From an uncultured Clostridia bacterium (GTDB lineage Bacteria > Bacillota > Clostridia > Christensenellales > UBA1242): a stretch of DNA of 64,000 bases. Made by a program: the position numbers and the translations under genes. The DNA is taken from positions 27,692 to 91,691 of the forward strand of contig CANPWN010000002.1 in assembly GCA_947584415.1 (NCBI GenBank). Direction: 5' to 3'. Below, piece after piece: positions 35,736 through 46,360 of this stretch. The notes beneath the pieces were generated by a model, which worked only from the letters and a program-made list of their open reading frames with translations, ran no database searches and had not been told where the DNA came from. Within the stretch, counting starts at the first letter, position 1; every line of letters begins with the position of its first letter.

Positions 35736-36632
35736 TTAGAAAAGTTCGTTAACAAAATTTTCTGCATTAAATTCGTCTATGTCCTCAACTGACTCGCCTG
35801 TTCCAACAAAGACGACTGGTTTTTTAAGTTCTTTTTCAATAGCAACAACCACCCCGCCTTTTGCAGTGCCATCAAGTTTGGTTAGAACTATGCCGTCAAT
35901 TGGCACAAATTCGTTGAAAGCGGTGATTTGACTGAGTGCGTTTTGTCCTGTTGTTGCATCCAAAACTATGAAGGAAAGTTTTTGCGCCTCAGGATATTCC
36001 CTGTCAATGACTTTATTGATTTTTTTTAACTCTTCCATAAGGTTTGTTTTTGTGTGTAATCTTCCTGCGGTGTCAACAATAAGCACGTCTGTGTTTTTAG
36101 ATTTTGCGGAACTTATGCCGTCAAAAACAACCGCCGCTGCGTCTGCGCCTTCTGCATGTTTAATAATTCTTGTTTTTGTCTTGCTTGCCCAAAGTGAAAG
36201 TTGTTCACTGGCAGCCGCCCTGAAGGTGTCAGCGGCAACGAGTGTGACTGATTTTTTCTTATCTTCAAAGTATTTTGCAAGTTTGCCAATGGTTGTTGTT
36301 TTTCCAACTCCATTGACGCCTATGATGGTTATGATTGTCGGATATGAAAATTCAATTTTTGGTGCGGAAGAGAGAAGTTCGGACAAAATAACTTTGAGTG
36401 CATTTTTCACCTCATCTGCCGTGCGAAGTTTGTTTTTTCTTGCATAAAGCCTGAGGTTTTCGCAAATTTCAACTGATGTTTTAACCCCCATGTCGCACGA
36501 AATCAAAAGTTCCTCAAGTTCGTCATAAAAGTCATCATCAAGTTCGCCATGACTTAAAATTGCATCAAATTTGCGAGCAAACGCCTCGCGCGTTTTCTTT
36601 AGTGCTGATGCCAGTTTTTTGAAAAGTCCCAT
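35736..36632 (-). CDS. ftsY: Signal recognition particle receptor FtsY
   Basis: GVNGVGKTTTIGKLA, DTAGR, and TKLDGTAKGG motifs. Confidence 0.95.
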   Translation of the reverse strand: MGLFKKLASALKKTREAFARKFDAILSHGELDDDFYDELEELLISCDMGVKTSVEICENLRLYARKNKLRTADEVKNALKVILSELLSSAPKIEFSYPTIITIIGVNGVGKTTTIGKLAKYFEDKKKSVTLVAADTFRAAASEQLSLWASKTKTRIIKHAEGADAAAVVFDGISSAKSKNTDVLIVDTAGRLHTKTNLMEELKKINKVIDREYPEAQKLSFIVLDATTGQNALSQITAFNEFVPIDGIVLTKLDGTAKGGVVVAIEKELKKPVVFVGTGESVEDIDEFNAENFVNELF

Positions 36633-39600
36633 TACACCACCTCTGCTTGTTTAATTGCGTCCGCAAGTTTAACAGAAACCACCTTGCTTATGCCCTTTTC
36701 TTCCATAGTCACGCCAAAGAGAGCCTCGGCATGTTCCATTGTCGGCTTTTTGTGAGTGATAAGGATAAACTGGGTTGAACTGGACAATTTTTTAAGATAT
36801 TTGTCAACAATTTCAACATTTGAATCATCTAACGCTGCTTCAACTTCATCAAAAAGGCAGAAAGGAAGTGGTTTAATACGAAGAATAGCAAAGATAAGAG
36901 CCATTGCTGTAAGTGACTTTTCACCGCCTGAATAAAGCGACATGTTTTGGATTTTCTTTCCCGGAGGTTGAACAAAAATTTCAACTCCGCTTTCAAGAGG
37001 GTTCTCTGGGTCAGCAAGTTCAATTTTGGCGTTTCCACCGCCGAAAAGTTCGCGGAAAGTGATTTTAAAACTTGCATTGATTTTTTCAAGTTCGTCTGTG
37101 AATTTTTCAATCATAACAGCGGATAGGTCTTTAATGATTTTCATCAAATCATCCTCTGCTTTCTTAAGGTCATCAGACTGCTCAGAAAGAGTGTTGTATC
37201 TTTCCAATAACGCACTGCAATCTTCAATGGCGTTGACATTAATTGGGCCCAAAGCGGCAATATTACGCTTAATTTTTGCAATTTCTGGCATTGCAACTTT
37301 GATGTCAAAATCAGGTCTTTTCATGCTAAGGCAGTCATTGTAAACAAGCGAATATTCCTCATAAATTCGCTCTTGCATGGTTTCAATGTCGGTGTCAACT
37401 TTGCTCAAATTCATCTCTTCCCTATATTTTTTGTCATTGAGGCGATTTATATCCTCCATAAGAGATGCTTTTTGTGTGTCCAAAGAGCGAATATTGTCAG
37501 AAATGTTTTTCTTTTCTTGTTCAGTCTGTTTTTGCCTTTCAACGAGCGCTTCAAGTTCCTTTTTAGTCTCAGACGAAGGCGCTTTTTTAAGTTTTTCTTT
37601 GATAAGTTCTTCGCCGCTTTCAATGTATTTGAGGTTGTCCTCATAGTGAGATTTTGAATAACTCAAATTTTGAGTTTGACGGCCAATTTCACCCTCAAGC
37701 CTTAAAAGTTCGTTTTTAATGGCGTTAATTTCGGCTTTTTTAGATGCAATTTCAACTTTAACCGTTGTCAAATTTGCGCTTATTTGTTCTCTGTTTTCTC
37801 TGAGTTTAGCACCTGCTTCACGGCGTTTTTGCCTTAAGATGTTAACATCATTTTCATTGCCCGAAATTGCGTTTTGTTTTGAACTTACTTCGCTGTAAGC
37901 CTGGTCAATAAGCGAAAGTTTGTTTGTCACAGTTGTCCTTTCCATGTCAAGCACTTTAAGGTCATCTTCAACTTCACCTATTGCCACTTTGCTGCTTTCA
38001 AGTTTTGCTTTTGCAGAGCCAATTTCAATTGCAATATTAGAAATAACAAGACTGAGTTTGTCAAATTCTTCACGTGCAGACTTTAAATTGCCTTCAAGTT
38101 CAGATTTTCTTTTATCCGCAGTCGAGATGAATTCGCTGAGTTTTGGAATTTCCTTTTTGAGCGTTTCAATCTCTCTTTCGCGGCTCATGATTCCAACCGC
38201 TTCACTCTTCTTGCTTCCGCCGGTGATTGAGCCTTGAGGGTTAATCACATCTCCATCTAAGGTGACAATTTTATATGCAAAGCCGCTCTTTCTGGAAATT
38301 TCAATGGCGTCAACAAGTTTTTCAACAATGATTGTGCCACCCAGTAAACCAGAGATTACATTTTCTATTTTCTTATCATAACTTATAAGTTCGCTTGCAA
38401 CCCCTATGTATCCCCTTGATGATGAAATTTTGCTCTCATCAACACTTCTGCGTTTCATGGATGATATAGGAAGGAAGGTTGCCCTGCCAAAGTTGTTCGC
38501 CTTCAAATATTCGACAAGTTCGTTTGCGCCATGCTCATCATAAGTGACAATGTTTTGCACAGAAGAGCCAAGAGCCACCTCAATTGCTGCCTCATATTTT
38601 TCTGGAACTTTGATAAGAGAAGCCACAACACCAACAATATTTTTTGAAAGTGCTGAGCCTTGAGAGGCAAGTTTTAAAAGTTTTTTAACAGCATAGCCAA
38701 AGCCTTCAAATTCCGCTTGCATTTCAGTTAAAAGTTTAAGTCTATTTTCAAAAACCTTAAGTTCGGTTGCTTTGTTCTGCCTTTCTGACTCGTGGTCACG
38801 AAGAGAGTTTGAAATTTGATTTATTTTTCCTGCAATATCACTTCTTTCCCCTTCCATAGATGCCGCTTTTTTCTCTTTTTCAAAAATTTCGCTTTCAAGT
38901 GTAGTGATGTTGCCCTTAAGTTCTTTTTCCTTCTCTTTTTGCTCAGAAATCTGAGTGTTCAACGATTTAAGGTTTGAAGAGAGAAGTTCTTTTTCCGCAG
39001 TGAATTTTGAAATTGAACTTTTGATGTCAGAAAGAGAGCCAAGCGTTTGAATAAACTCCTTTTCGCTTTGTCCTTCTTCAATTTCGCTGACCTCAATGGC
39101 TTTTGCAAGTGAAAGATATTCATTTGATAATTCGTCAAAACTATTTTCAAGAGTTGAAAGTTTTTCTTCCATGCTTTGAAGTTCAGATTCCTTGTTTTGC
39201 TTTTGCTGATTTGCTGCTTCAAGAAATTTCTCAGCATTTGTCATGTCAAGACTAAGCCTGTCATTTTCCTTTTGAGCAAACTGAATTCTCTCTCTTGCAA
39301 CCTTTGTTTCGCCTTCCTGTTTTTCAAGATTGACGGTAAGTTCCAAGATTTTTGCATTGAGGTTTGAAAGGGTTATATCAAAATTTTGCAGCCTGTTCAT
39401 TGCCTCATCATATTTTTCTGTTGCCGCTTTAAGTTCGCTGTCACGAAGGGTGAATTCTTGATTGATAGCGTCAAGTTTTTCTTTGATTTTTGCTTTAAAT
39501 TCGCTAGCGTTTTCATATTGATAAATGTAAGCGTTAACTTCCAAATCTTTCAAGTCCGCTTTGTATGCAAGATATTTTTTGGCATTTTCAGCTTGTTTTC

Positions 39601-40216
39601 TAAGTGGACCCATTTGCCTGTCAATTTCAAGCAATATGTCCCCCACGCGCGCCAAATTTTGTCTTGCAACATCAAGTCTGCGCTCAGCATCAGTTTTTTC
39701 TTTTTTATATTTTGCAATGCCTGCCGCGTCCTCAAACATTGCCCTTCTGCTTTCTGGCTTGGATTCAACAATTTCTGTGACTTTGCCCTGTCCAATAATG
39801 GAATATCCGCTTTTGCCAAGACCGGAGTTATACAAAAGGTTGTTTATGTCCCTCAAAAGACATGGGTTGCGGTTGATAAGATATTCGCTTTCGCCAGAGC
39901 GGTAAAGTTTTCTTGTGATGATAAGTTCGTCATAGTCAAAATCAAAATAGCGGGTGGAGTTGTCAAAGTGCAAAGACACTTCGCAGTAAGAAAGGCTTTT
40001 TCTTTTTTCCGTTCCATTGAAAATAACATCCTGCATGGTGTCAGCACGAAGGTCTTTAACTTTTTGTTCGCCCAAAACCCAACGAATAGCGTCAGCAACA
40101 TTGCTTTTGCCACATCCGTTAGGGCCAACTATGGCGGTGAACCCGTCATTGAATTCAATTATTGTTCTGTCGGCGAAGGACTTAAAACCCGCCATTTCAA
40201 TTCGTTTTAAAATCAT
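36632..40216 (-). CDS. smc: Chromosome partition protein Smc
   Basis: N-terminal GPNGCGKSN, long coiled coils, a hinge, and C-terminal LSGGEKSLTA..FCLFDEVEAALD. Confidence 0.97.
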   Translation of the reverse strand: MILKRIEMAGFKSFADRTIIEFNDGFTAIVGPNGCGKSNVADAIRWVLGEQKVKDLRADTMQDVIFNGTEKRKSLSYCEVSLHFDNSTRYFDFDYDELIITRKLYRSGESEYLINRNPCLLRDINNLLYNSGLGKSGYSIIGQGKVTEIVESKPESRRAMFEDAAGIAKYKKEKTDAERRLDVARQNLARVGDILLEIDRQMGPLRKQAENAKKYLAYKADLKDLEVNAYIYQYENASEFKAKIKEKLDAINQEFTLRDSELKAATEKYDEAMNRLQNFDITLSNLNAKILELTVNLEKQEGETKVARERIQFAQKENDRLSLDMTNAEKFLEAANQQKQNKESELQSMEEKLSTLENSFDELSNEYLSLAKAIEVSEIEEGQSEKEFIQTLGSLSDIKSSISKFTAEKELLSSNLKSLNTQISEQKEKEKELKGNITTLESEIFEKEKKAASMEGERSDIAGKINQISNSLRDHESERQNKATELKVFENRLKLLTEMQAEFEGFGYAVKKLLKLASQGSALSKNIVGVVASLIKVPEKYEAAIEVALGSSVQNIVTYDEHGANELVEYLKANNFGRATFLPISSMKRRSVDESKISSSRGYIGVASELISYDKKIENVISGLLGGTIIVEKLVDAIEISRKSGFAYKIVTLDGDVINPQGSITGGSKKSEAVGIMSREREIETLKKEIPKLSEFISTADKRKSELEGNLKSAREEFDKLSLVISNIAIEIGSAKAKLESSKVAIGEVEDDLKVLDMERTTVTNKLSLIDQAYSEVSSKQNAISGNENDVNILRQKRREAGAKLRENREQISANLTTVKVEIASKKAEINAIKNELLRLEGEIGRQTQNLSYSKSHYEDNLKYIESGEELIKEKLKKAPSSETKKELEALVERQKQTEQEKKNISDNIRSLDTQKASLMEDINRLNDKKYREEMNLSKVDTDIETMQERIYEEYSLVYNDCLSMKRPDFDIKVAMPEIAKIKRNIAALGPINVNAIEDCSALLERYNTLSEQSDDLKKAEDDLMKIIKDLSAVMIEKFTDELEKINASFKITFRELFGGGNAKIELADPENPLESGVEIFVQPPGKKIQNMSLYSGGEKSLTAMALIFAILRIKPLPFCLFDEVEAALDDSNVEIVDKYLKKLSSSTQFILITHKKPTMEHAEALFGVTMEEKGISKVVSVKLADAIKQAEVV

Positions 40217-40226
40217 TTTTTTCTTC

Positions 40227-40847
40227 CTAGTCTTTAAATAAAATTTTTATTGCTTTTTCGGCGCACGCTTGCTCAGCGGAGTGTTTGTCACTTCCTTCGC
40301 CAGTCGCTATTTTATCCTCATCCATGTAAAAGGTTGAGGAAAAGCCGTTTTGAGTTTTGATTGTTTCATATCTCATACTGCATTTAAAACCGGCCTGCAC
40401 AAGTTCTTGAAGATGGCTTTTATAGTTTGTGTCCTGAACATTTTTAAAGCCTTCCAAATGAAAATTTCTTTCAACAAACTTTCTTGCTTCTTTAAGTCCA
40501 CTGTCAAGATAAATTGCTGCTATGATTGCCTCAATAACATCCGCTTTGACGGCTTTTGGAACATTTTTGCCCATGCTTTTGCCCGTTTTAACCTCACCGG
40601 CAAGACCAAGTTCATCAAAGACTGAGCATAGATAATTTTCCGAAACATAATGGCTTCTTATTATTGTCAAATAGCCTTCGTCTTTGTCCGAATTATTAAA
40701 GAGATATTCTCCAACAAGAAAATCTAATATGCTATCACCTAAAAATTCAAGACGCTCATAATTTTCATGAGATTTTGAACTGTGGGTAACTGCTTTGTTA
40801 AAAAGGCCAATATCCTTTATTTCAACTCCAAGTTTTTCAGCCAGCAT
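40227..40847 (-). CDS. rnc: Ribonuclease III
   Basis: ERLEFLGDSILDF catalytic signature and a C-terminal dsRBD. Confidence 0.9.
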   Translation of the reverse strand: MLAEKLGVEIKDIGLFNKAVTHSSKSHENYERLEFLGDSILDFLVGEYLFNNSDKDEGYLTIIRSHYVSENYLCSVFDELGLAGEVKTGKSMGKNVPKAVKADVIEAIIAAIYLDSGLKEARKFVERNFHLEGFKNVQDTNYKSHLQELVQAGFKCSMRYETIKTQNGFSSTFYMDEDKIATGEGSDKHSAEQACAEKAIKILFKD

Positions 40848-41847
40848 TTGCCACCTCTAACAAACTTTCAATTTTTTCAATAAGTTTGTTTTCATGAAGC
40901 AAAATGGCCTGTTCAACGGAAGCAGCAATATTTATTCTGGTGGATGTGCCATGATTTTTTATGACAAGTTTTTTGCAACCCAAAAAGGCTGAGCCACCAT
41001 GCTGACCCTGAATATCAATTGTCTGCTTAACTTCTTTAAATGACTTTTTCATGAAAAGATAGCCAATTTTTGATAAGAAATGTGACTTGATTGACCTTTT
41101 GAGAATTGACAATAGTGCTTGAATTGCACCCTCAGTGCCTTTTAACAAAACATTTCCCGCAAAGCCATCACTTACAAGCACATCAACATCTCCTGAAAGA
41201 TAGTCCCTGCCTTCAACATTCCCAATAAAATTAACTCCGCAGGTTTTAAGCATTGGATGAGCAAGTTTTGTCAGTTCATTTCCTTTATGCTCTTCTGCAC
41301 CATTGGATAAAAGTCCAACTTTTGGCGCTTTTTGGCCATAGACAATCTCATAATAAGCGCTGCCCATAAGTGCAAAATGGACAAGATTGATTGGCTTGCA
41401 GTCAACATTTGCACCAGCGTCAATCAAAAGAACCTCTTTGCCTTTGACTTTTGTTGGAAGATTTGGTGCAAGAGCCGGACGCGAAATACCTTTTATTCTG
41501 CCAATTTTCATAACGGCACCAGTCAAAATTGCTCCCGTTGGGCCTGCGGAAATAAGGGCAATGACATCATCATTTTCCCTTAAAACATCAAAGGCTTTGA
41601 CAAGAGATGAATTTTCCTTATGTCTGATGGCCTCTGTTGGAGTGTCATCATTTGTGATAACTTCAGGTGCAGACAAAATTGTTATTCTGCCATCACCTCT
41701 GCCAGAAAGAATTGAAGAAATTTTCTCCTCTTCACCACAAATAATAATTTGAACATCCTTGCGTTTTTCACATGCAAGCACGCACCCTTCAACAATCTCT
41801 TCTGGCGCATTGTCGCCACCAAAACCATCAACAACAATCTTATACAT
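40837..41847 (-). CDS. plsX: Phosphate acyltransferase PlsX
   Basis: VDGFGGDNAP, the N.EGRD region, and position downstream of rpmF. Confidence 0.92.
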   Translation of the reverse strand: MYKIVVDGFGGDNAPEEIVEGCVLACEKRKDVQIIICGEEEKISSILSGRGDGRITILSAPEVITNDDTPTEAIRHKENSSLVKAFDVLRENDDVIALISAGPTGAILTGAVMKIGRIKGISRPALAPNLPTKVKGKEVLLIDAGANVDCKPINLVHFALMGSAYYEIVYGQKAPKVGLLSNGAEEHKGNELTKLAHPMLKTCGVNFIGNVEGRDYLSGDVDVLVSDGFAGNVLLKGTEGAIQALLSILKRSIKSHFLSKIGYLFMKKSFKEVKQTIDIQGQHGGSAFLGCKKLVIKNHGTSTRINIAASVEQAILLHENKLIEKIESLLEVANAG

Positions 41848-41931
41848 GCTTTTACCCCTATATTAAACAATTTATTTTAACAAAATAAAAAAATAAAGTA
41901 AAGCAAATTAACCCTCAATTTTTCTTGCATA

Positions 41932-41955
41932 AGAAAAAACGCCTTTACAGGCGTT
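41932..41955 (-). terminator. Rho-independent terminator after rpmF
   Basis: AACGCCT-gtaa-AGGCGTT followed by TTTTTC on the reverse strand. Confidence 0.65.
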
Positions 41956-41967
41956 TTTCAACATTTT

Positions 41968-42003
41968 GTGTGTTTTATGACATAATACTCACATTATATT
42001 GTG
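41968..42003 (-). repeat. 36-nt double-palindrome motif, copy A
   Basis: The reverse strand reads CACAATATAATGTGAGTATTATGTCATAAAACACAC, 31/36 identical to copy B. It abuts the rpmF stop codon. Confidence 0.8.
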
Positions 42004-42198
42004 TTATTTTGTCTTTTTCTTTTCAGTATTGATAACAGTTTCATTTTTGTAAGTTCCGCATTTTGGACATGCCTTGTGAGGTGCTTTAAGTTCGTGACAT
42101 TGTGGGCACTCAACAAGTGTTGGCGCTGACGCCTTAAAATTTGCGGAATTTCTTGAATTTCTTCTTGCTTTTGAAACTTTCCCCTTTGGAACAGCCAT
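42004..42198 (-). CDS. rpmF: 50S ribosomal protein L32
   Basis: MAVPK.K.SK.RR..R, and the zinc ribbon CPQC...H..CP.CG. Confidence 0.93.
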   Translation of the reverse strand: MAVPKGKVSKARRNSRNSANFKASAPTLVECPQCHELKAPHKACPKCGTYKNETVINTEKKKTK

Positions 42199-42268
42199 GA
42201 TTTCCTCCTAAAATTTGATTATACCTTTCAAGTATATTTATTTTGTCTTGATTTGTCAAGCGTTTTGA

Positions 42269-43474
42269 TTATTTTTTAACTTTTGCAAGTTTAACTGTGT
42301 CACGTGCTATCAAAAGTTCCTCATTTGTTGGAATTCGGAAGACTTTAATCTTTGAAGATGGAAGTGACAATTCTTCAATTGTTCCCCGTGGAAGAGAAGC
42401 GTTTTTCTTGCGGTTGAATTTGACTCCTGCATAAGCAAGACTGTCCATCACTCTTTCCCTTAAATCCTCTTGATTTTCGCCAACTCCGGCTGTGAACACA
42501 ATTGCGTCTGCGCCGCCCAAAACAGCAAGCATTGCGCCAACATATTTTGTTATGCGGTAGCAGAGCATGTCAAGAGCAAGTTTTGCCCTTTCATTTCCCT
42601 TTTTGATTGCGGCGTTAAGTTCACGCATGTCGCTTGAAACTCCGCTCACACCAAGCACACCACCTTTTTTGTTGAGATAGTCAACAACTTCGGCTGCGGT
42701 CATACCCTTCTTTTGTGCTAAGAAGGAAACAACTGTTGGGTCAATATCACCACTTCTTGTGCCCATCATAAGCCCTTCAAGTGGCGTAAAGCCCATGGTT
42801 GTGTCAATGCTTTTTCCGTCTTTAATGGCGGTGATTGATGAGCCGTTTCCAATGTGACATGAAATGATTTTAAGTTCCTCCGGCTTTTTGCCCATCACTC
42901 TTGCTGTTTCTGAAAGAATAAAGCGGTGGCTTGTGCCATGGAAACCATATTTGCGGATATGATATTTTTCATAGTCCTTGTAATCTATGCCATACATGTA
43001 TGCTTTTGGTGGCATGGTTGCATGGAAAGCGGTGTCAAACACAACAACTTGTGGTGTTTTTGGCATAACTTTTTTGCAAGCTAGCATTCCGCCAATATTT
43101 GCCTCAGCATGAAGTGGCGAAATGTCCTTGGTCTTTTTAAGATTTTTGATAACTTCATCAGTGATAAGCACGCTTTCTGAGTAAAACCAGCCGCCTTGAA
43201 CGCATCTGTGCCCTATTGCAGAGATTTCGTCAAAAGATTTGATGACCTTGAGTTCGCTGTTTGTCAGCATGTCCAAAATAACGGACATGGCTTGTGTGTG
43301 GTCCTTCATTGGAAGATGTTTGACAATTTCCTGACCTTTTGCTTTATATTCAATAAATGGGTCGCTAAGGCCAATCATTTGGCAAGTGCCTTTTGCAATA
43401 ACTGACTCATCTTTCATTTCAAAAAGTTGAAATTTGATTGATGATGAACCTGCGTTGATAACTAAAACTTTCAT
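42269..43474 (-). CDS. ackA: Acetate kinase
   Basis: VLVINAGSSSIKFQLF, GHR.V.GG, and FHGTSH motifs. Confidence 0.95.
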   Translation of the reverse strand: MKVLVINAGSSSIKFQLFEMKDESVIAKGTCQMIGLSDPFIEYKAKGQEIVKHLPMKDHTQAMSVILDMLTNSELKVIKSFDEISAIGHRCVQGGWFYSESVLITDEVIKNLKKTKDISPLHAEANIGGMLACKKVMPKTPQVVVFDTAFHATMPPKAYMYGIDYKDYEKYHIRKYGFHGTSHRFILSETARVMGKKPEELKIISCHIGNGSSITAIKDGKSIDTTMGFTPLEGLMMGTRSGDIDPTVVSFLAQKKGMTAAEVVDYLNKKGGVLGVSGVSSDMRELNAAIKKGNERAKLALDMLCYRITKYVGAMLAVLGGADAIVFTAGVGENQEDLRERVMDSLAYAGVKFNRKKNASLPRGTIEELSLPSSKIKVFRIPTNEELLIARDTVKLAKVKK

Positions 43475-44454
43475 TTTGTCTCCTTTGCTTGCAGTGCTGT
43501 GATTGCACTGACTAAAATTATATCTTCCACGCTGCAGCCTCTTGAAAGGTCATTGACTGGCTTTTTAAGCCCCTGCAGAATTGGACCAACTGCTGTAAGT
43601 CCGCCAAACATTTGCATTGCCTTATAGGTGATATTTCCACTGTTAAGGTCAGGAAAAATCAATATATTGGCGTTCCCCTGAATTGGACTTTGTGGCGACT
43701 TGATTTTTGCAACATCACTTCTTAGAGCGGTGTCAAGTTGAAGTTCTCCATCACTGACAACGGCAGGTCTTGAAAACTTTTCTGCTGCCTTTTTAACTTT
43801 TTCCGTCATTTCACTTTGGGCGCTACCCTTTGTTGAATAGGACAAAAATGCAACATTTATCTCATCAAATCCAAGTGCCTTTGCTGTGTCAACTGTTTGA
43901 GATGTGATTGTGACAAGTTGCTCGCATGTTGGGTTTTCATTAAGACCGCAATCTGCAAGAAGCAAATTTCTTTTTTTCAAAAAGTCATTTTTGCCAATGA
44001 GCAGCATTGAGGAAGAGATAAGAGTGTCCTTTTTTGCACCTTTAATGATTTGAAGTGCTGGCTTAATTGACCTTTTTGTTGAGCACTCCGCCCCTGCAAC
44101 CATGCCATCTGCAACGCCAATATCAACCAAGAGAGTGGCAAAGTAATATGGGTCGGTCACAAGCCTTTCCGCCTCTTCCATTGTCATGCCCTTTTCTTTT
44201 CGTTTTGCATACAAGTGCTTTACAAGTTTGTTTTTGAGCGGACAAGTTTTTGGGTTCATTATTGTGAATTTGACCAGACTTTTATCCCTGATAGCCAAAC
44301 TTGATTCATCACCAACCAAGATGACATTGCAAATATTTTTCTTCTTCAAAAATTTGACTGCTTCAATGGTTCTGTCACTGAAACCAGCCTCGGGAAAGAT
44401 GATGGTTTTATTTCTCTGTTTTGCCCTTTTGAGCAAGTTTTTTATATCAAACAT
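43471..44454 (-). CDS. pta: Phosphate acetyltransferase
   Basis: Short Pta form with IIFPE, GMV.GA, and the C-terminal SRG.S. Overlaps the ackA start. Confidence 0.9.
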   Translation of the reverse strand: MFDIKNLLKRAKQRNKTIIFPEAGFSDRTIEAVKFLKKKNICNVILVGDESSLAIRDKSLVKFTIMNPKTCPLKNKLVKHLYAKRKEKGMTMEEAERLVTDPYYFATLLVDIGVADGMVAGAECSTKRSIKPALQIIKGAKKDTLISSSMLLIGKNDFLKKRNLLLADCGLNENPTCEQLVTITSQTVDTAKALGFDEINVAFLSYSTKGSAQSEMTEKVKKAAEKFSRPAVVSDGELQLDTALRSDVAKIKSPQSPIQGNANILIFPDLNSGNITYKAMQMFGGLTAVGPILQGLKKPVNDLSRGCSVEDIILVSAITALQAKETK

Positions 44455-44522
44455 ACTAATGTTACCTTTCTAATATTTTATAAACTTAAGTCTTTTATTA
44501 GACTTATCTTAGTATATATAAA

Positions 44523-45476
44523 TTGACGAATTTCTGTCAAACGCTTTCGAGGTTGTTTTTGAAAAAAATCAAAATTTTTCTGACTTTTGCCATTTTTCTG
44601 CTTATCATTTTGATTGCTATTGAACCTAAAAGATACATCACATCTGCACTGGATGGAATTTCTGCATGGACTTTTAATGTGCTACCCTGCATTTTTCCAT
44701 TTATGGTTTTAAACCGCATATTGATTGAACTTGGGCAAATGGACAGGCTTTCAAAATTTTTATCAAAGCCTTTCCAAAAAATTTATGGCACATCTCCCAA
44801 AGCGGGATATGTGTTTTTTATGAGTATTTTGGCTGGATACCCCGTTGGCTCAAAGATGACCGCCGACCTTTATGAAAAGGGGCAAATTGACCTAACATCC
44901 GCATACCGTATGAGCAGTTTTTGCTCTAACTCTGGCCCAATGTTCATCATTGGGACTGTTGGCACACTTTTATTAAAAAATGCCACACTTGGCGTCATAC
45001 TTTTCATCTCGCACATTTTAAGTGCACTTTTAAACGGCTTAATTTTTAGATTTATTCACGCAAAAGAAAAGCGACAAACGCCGTCATCCGCGTATCAAAG
45101 TGAAACCTCCTCCTTTGGTGACATCATATTATCAAGCGTGCAAAGTGTTTTGTGTGTCGGCGGAATAATTTGCCTGTTTTTTATAATTATTGAGTCACTC
45201 TCACCAGTTTTTTCCCTTCTTCCACCCGCTGTTGTCCCGCTTTTTGAAGGACTTATTGAAATGACAAGAGGTTGCATTGACGCAAGTTTGCTATCAACTG
45301 ATTGGGCGACAATAATATGCAGTTTCCTCATAAGTTTTGGCGGTTTTTCAACCATATTGCAGTCCATGGCAATGTTAAAAAAACTGAAAATGCCAATTTG
45401 GTTATTTTCAGTTCAAAAGTTGACGCAAGGGATAATTTCTGCATTTATAACGGCAATAATTTTGCTGATTATCTAG
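44523..45476 (+). CDS. ylbJ: Sporulation integral membrane protein YlbJ-like (nucleoside-recognition domain)
   Basis: Collinear similarity to Bacillus YlbJ by eye (W...V.P...PF..., AGYPVGSKMTADLY, SF.NSGPMFIIG, FGGFS...Q). The start (TTG in the track) is uncertain. Confidence 0.6.
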   Translation: MTNFCQTLSRLFLKKIKIFLTFAIFLLIILIAIEPKRYITSALDGISAWTFNVLPCIFPFMVLNRILIELGQMDRLSKFLSKPFQKIYGTSPKAGYVFFMSILAGYPVGSKMTADLYEKGQIDLTSAYRMSSFCSNSGPMFIIGTVGTLLLKNATLGVILFISHILSALLNGLIFRFIHAKEKRQTPSSAYQSETSSFGDIILSSVQSVLCVGGIICLFFIIIESLSPVFSLLPPAVVPLFEGLIEMTRGCIDASLLSTDWATIICSFLISFGGFSTILQSMAMLKKLKMPIWLFSVQKLTQGIISAFITAIILLII

Positions 45477-46272
45477 TTTCCTTTCTGATTTGCTGGTCAA
45501 TGATTTCTGTAAGTTCCCTCATATAATGCCTTAAAGGTTTAAGCGTGCGGCAGGCATATTTTAAGCCTTTTACAAGCCCTACCAAAAGGTCAAATTCTTG
45601 GTCTATGCAAGCAATAAGCACGCAGTTAAGCATGAGTGTGACATCTTCGGATACAGGTGAAGATTTTTCTTCTTCCAGCCTTTCAATCATTTGAAGTGCC
45701 GTTTCTTTTGCGGCAATAAAGGTGTTATATATCCCCTCAGGGTTTCTTATATATTGCATTGTTCTTTCAATTGGAAATGGCAAGATTTTAAGTTTGTCTT
45801 CTGGCGAAAGATTGTCAAGTTGCTCTTGTGAAAGCGGAAGATATTTTTCCTCTTCTTCACTAGAGCCAAAAGCCTCCATAATCAAGTTTCTGAAAGGAAC
45901 AAAAATGGTTTGCATAAGTTTTTCGGTGTCTATTCTGCCACTTTCATCTTTAAAGTAAGTGTGTGCAAGTTCGTCAAGGTCAATTTTGCCATTGTTTATG
46001 TCTGCCATTAGGCAAAAGACAAGAGCAAGCACTTTAAACTCTTCTTCTGGCATAACAAATTCGCTTTTCCCATCCTCATTTTTGAAAGCAAGTTTAAACT
46101 CAAGACCTTTGTCAAAATCACTTAAGCAGTCCGACATAAGTTCATAAAGTTCAGGCGTTGCAGCAATAATCTCCAAGATTTTGGATATTTTTTTGTCCGC
46201 AAACAAAATCTTACTTCCAATAAGTTCATCACAAAGTGAAATGAGTTTTTCAATGTTTTCCATGTTTTCCAT
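45469..46272 (-). CDS. Hypothetical acidic protein (267 aa)
   Basis: Long ORF with good coding appearance and no recognised motif. Confidence 0.5.
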   Translation of the reverse strand: MENMENIEKLISLCDELIGSKILFADKKISKILEIIAATPELYELMSDCLSDFDKGLEFKLAFKNEDGKSEFVMPEEEFKVLALVFCLMADINNGKIDLDELAHTYFKDESGRIDTEKLMQTIFVPFRNLIMEAFGSSEEEEKYLPLSQEQLDNLSPEDKLKILPFPIERTMQYIRNPEGIYNTFIAAKETALQMIERLEEEKSSPVSEDVTLMLNCVLIACIDQEFDLLVGLVKGLKYACRTLKPLRHYMRELTEIIDQQIRKETR

Positions 46273-46360
46273 AAAAACCTCTCAATGTTATTTTAACATA
46301 AACATCAAAAAAAACAATAAAAAATTTGCAATATTATGAAAAAACTGATATTATTTAAAC

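Noticed and set aside
39386-40210. 274-aa plus-strand ORF antisense to smc. Similar long antisense ORFs occur at 2659-3180, 15965-16432, 35968-36447, 47315-47782 and 47955-48395.
   Set aside because: These are shadow ORFs opposite strongly supported genes. Their composition is Phe/Ser/Leu-rich and low-complexity, and they have no SD.
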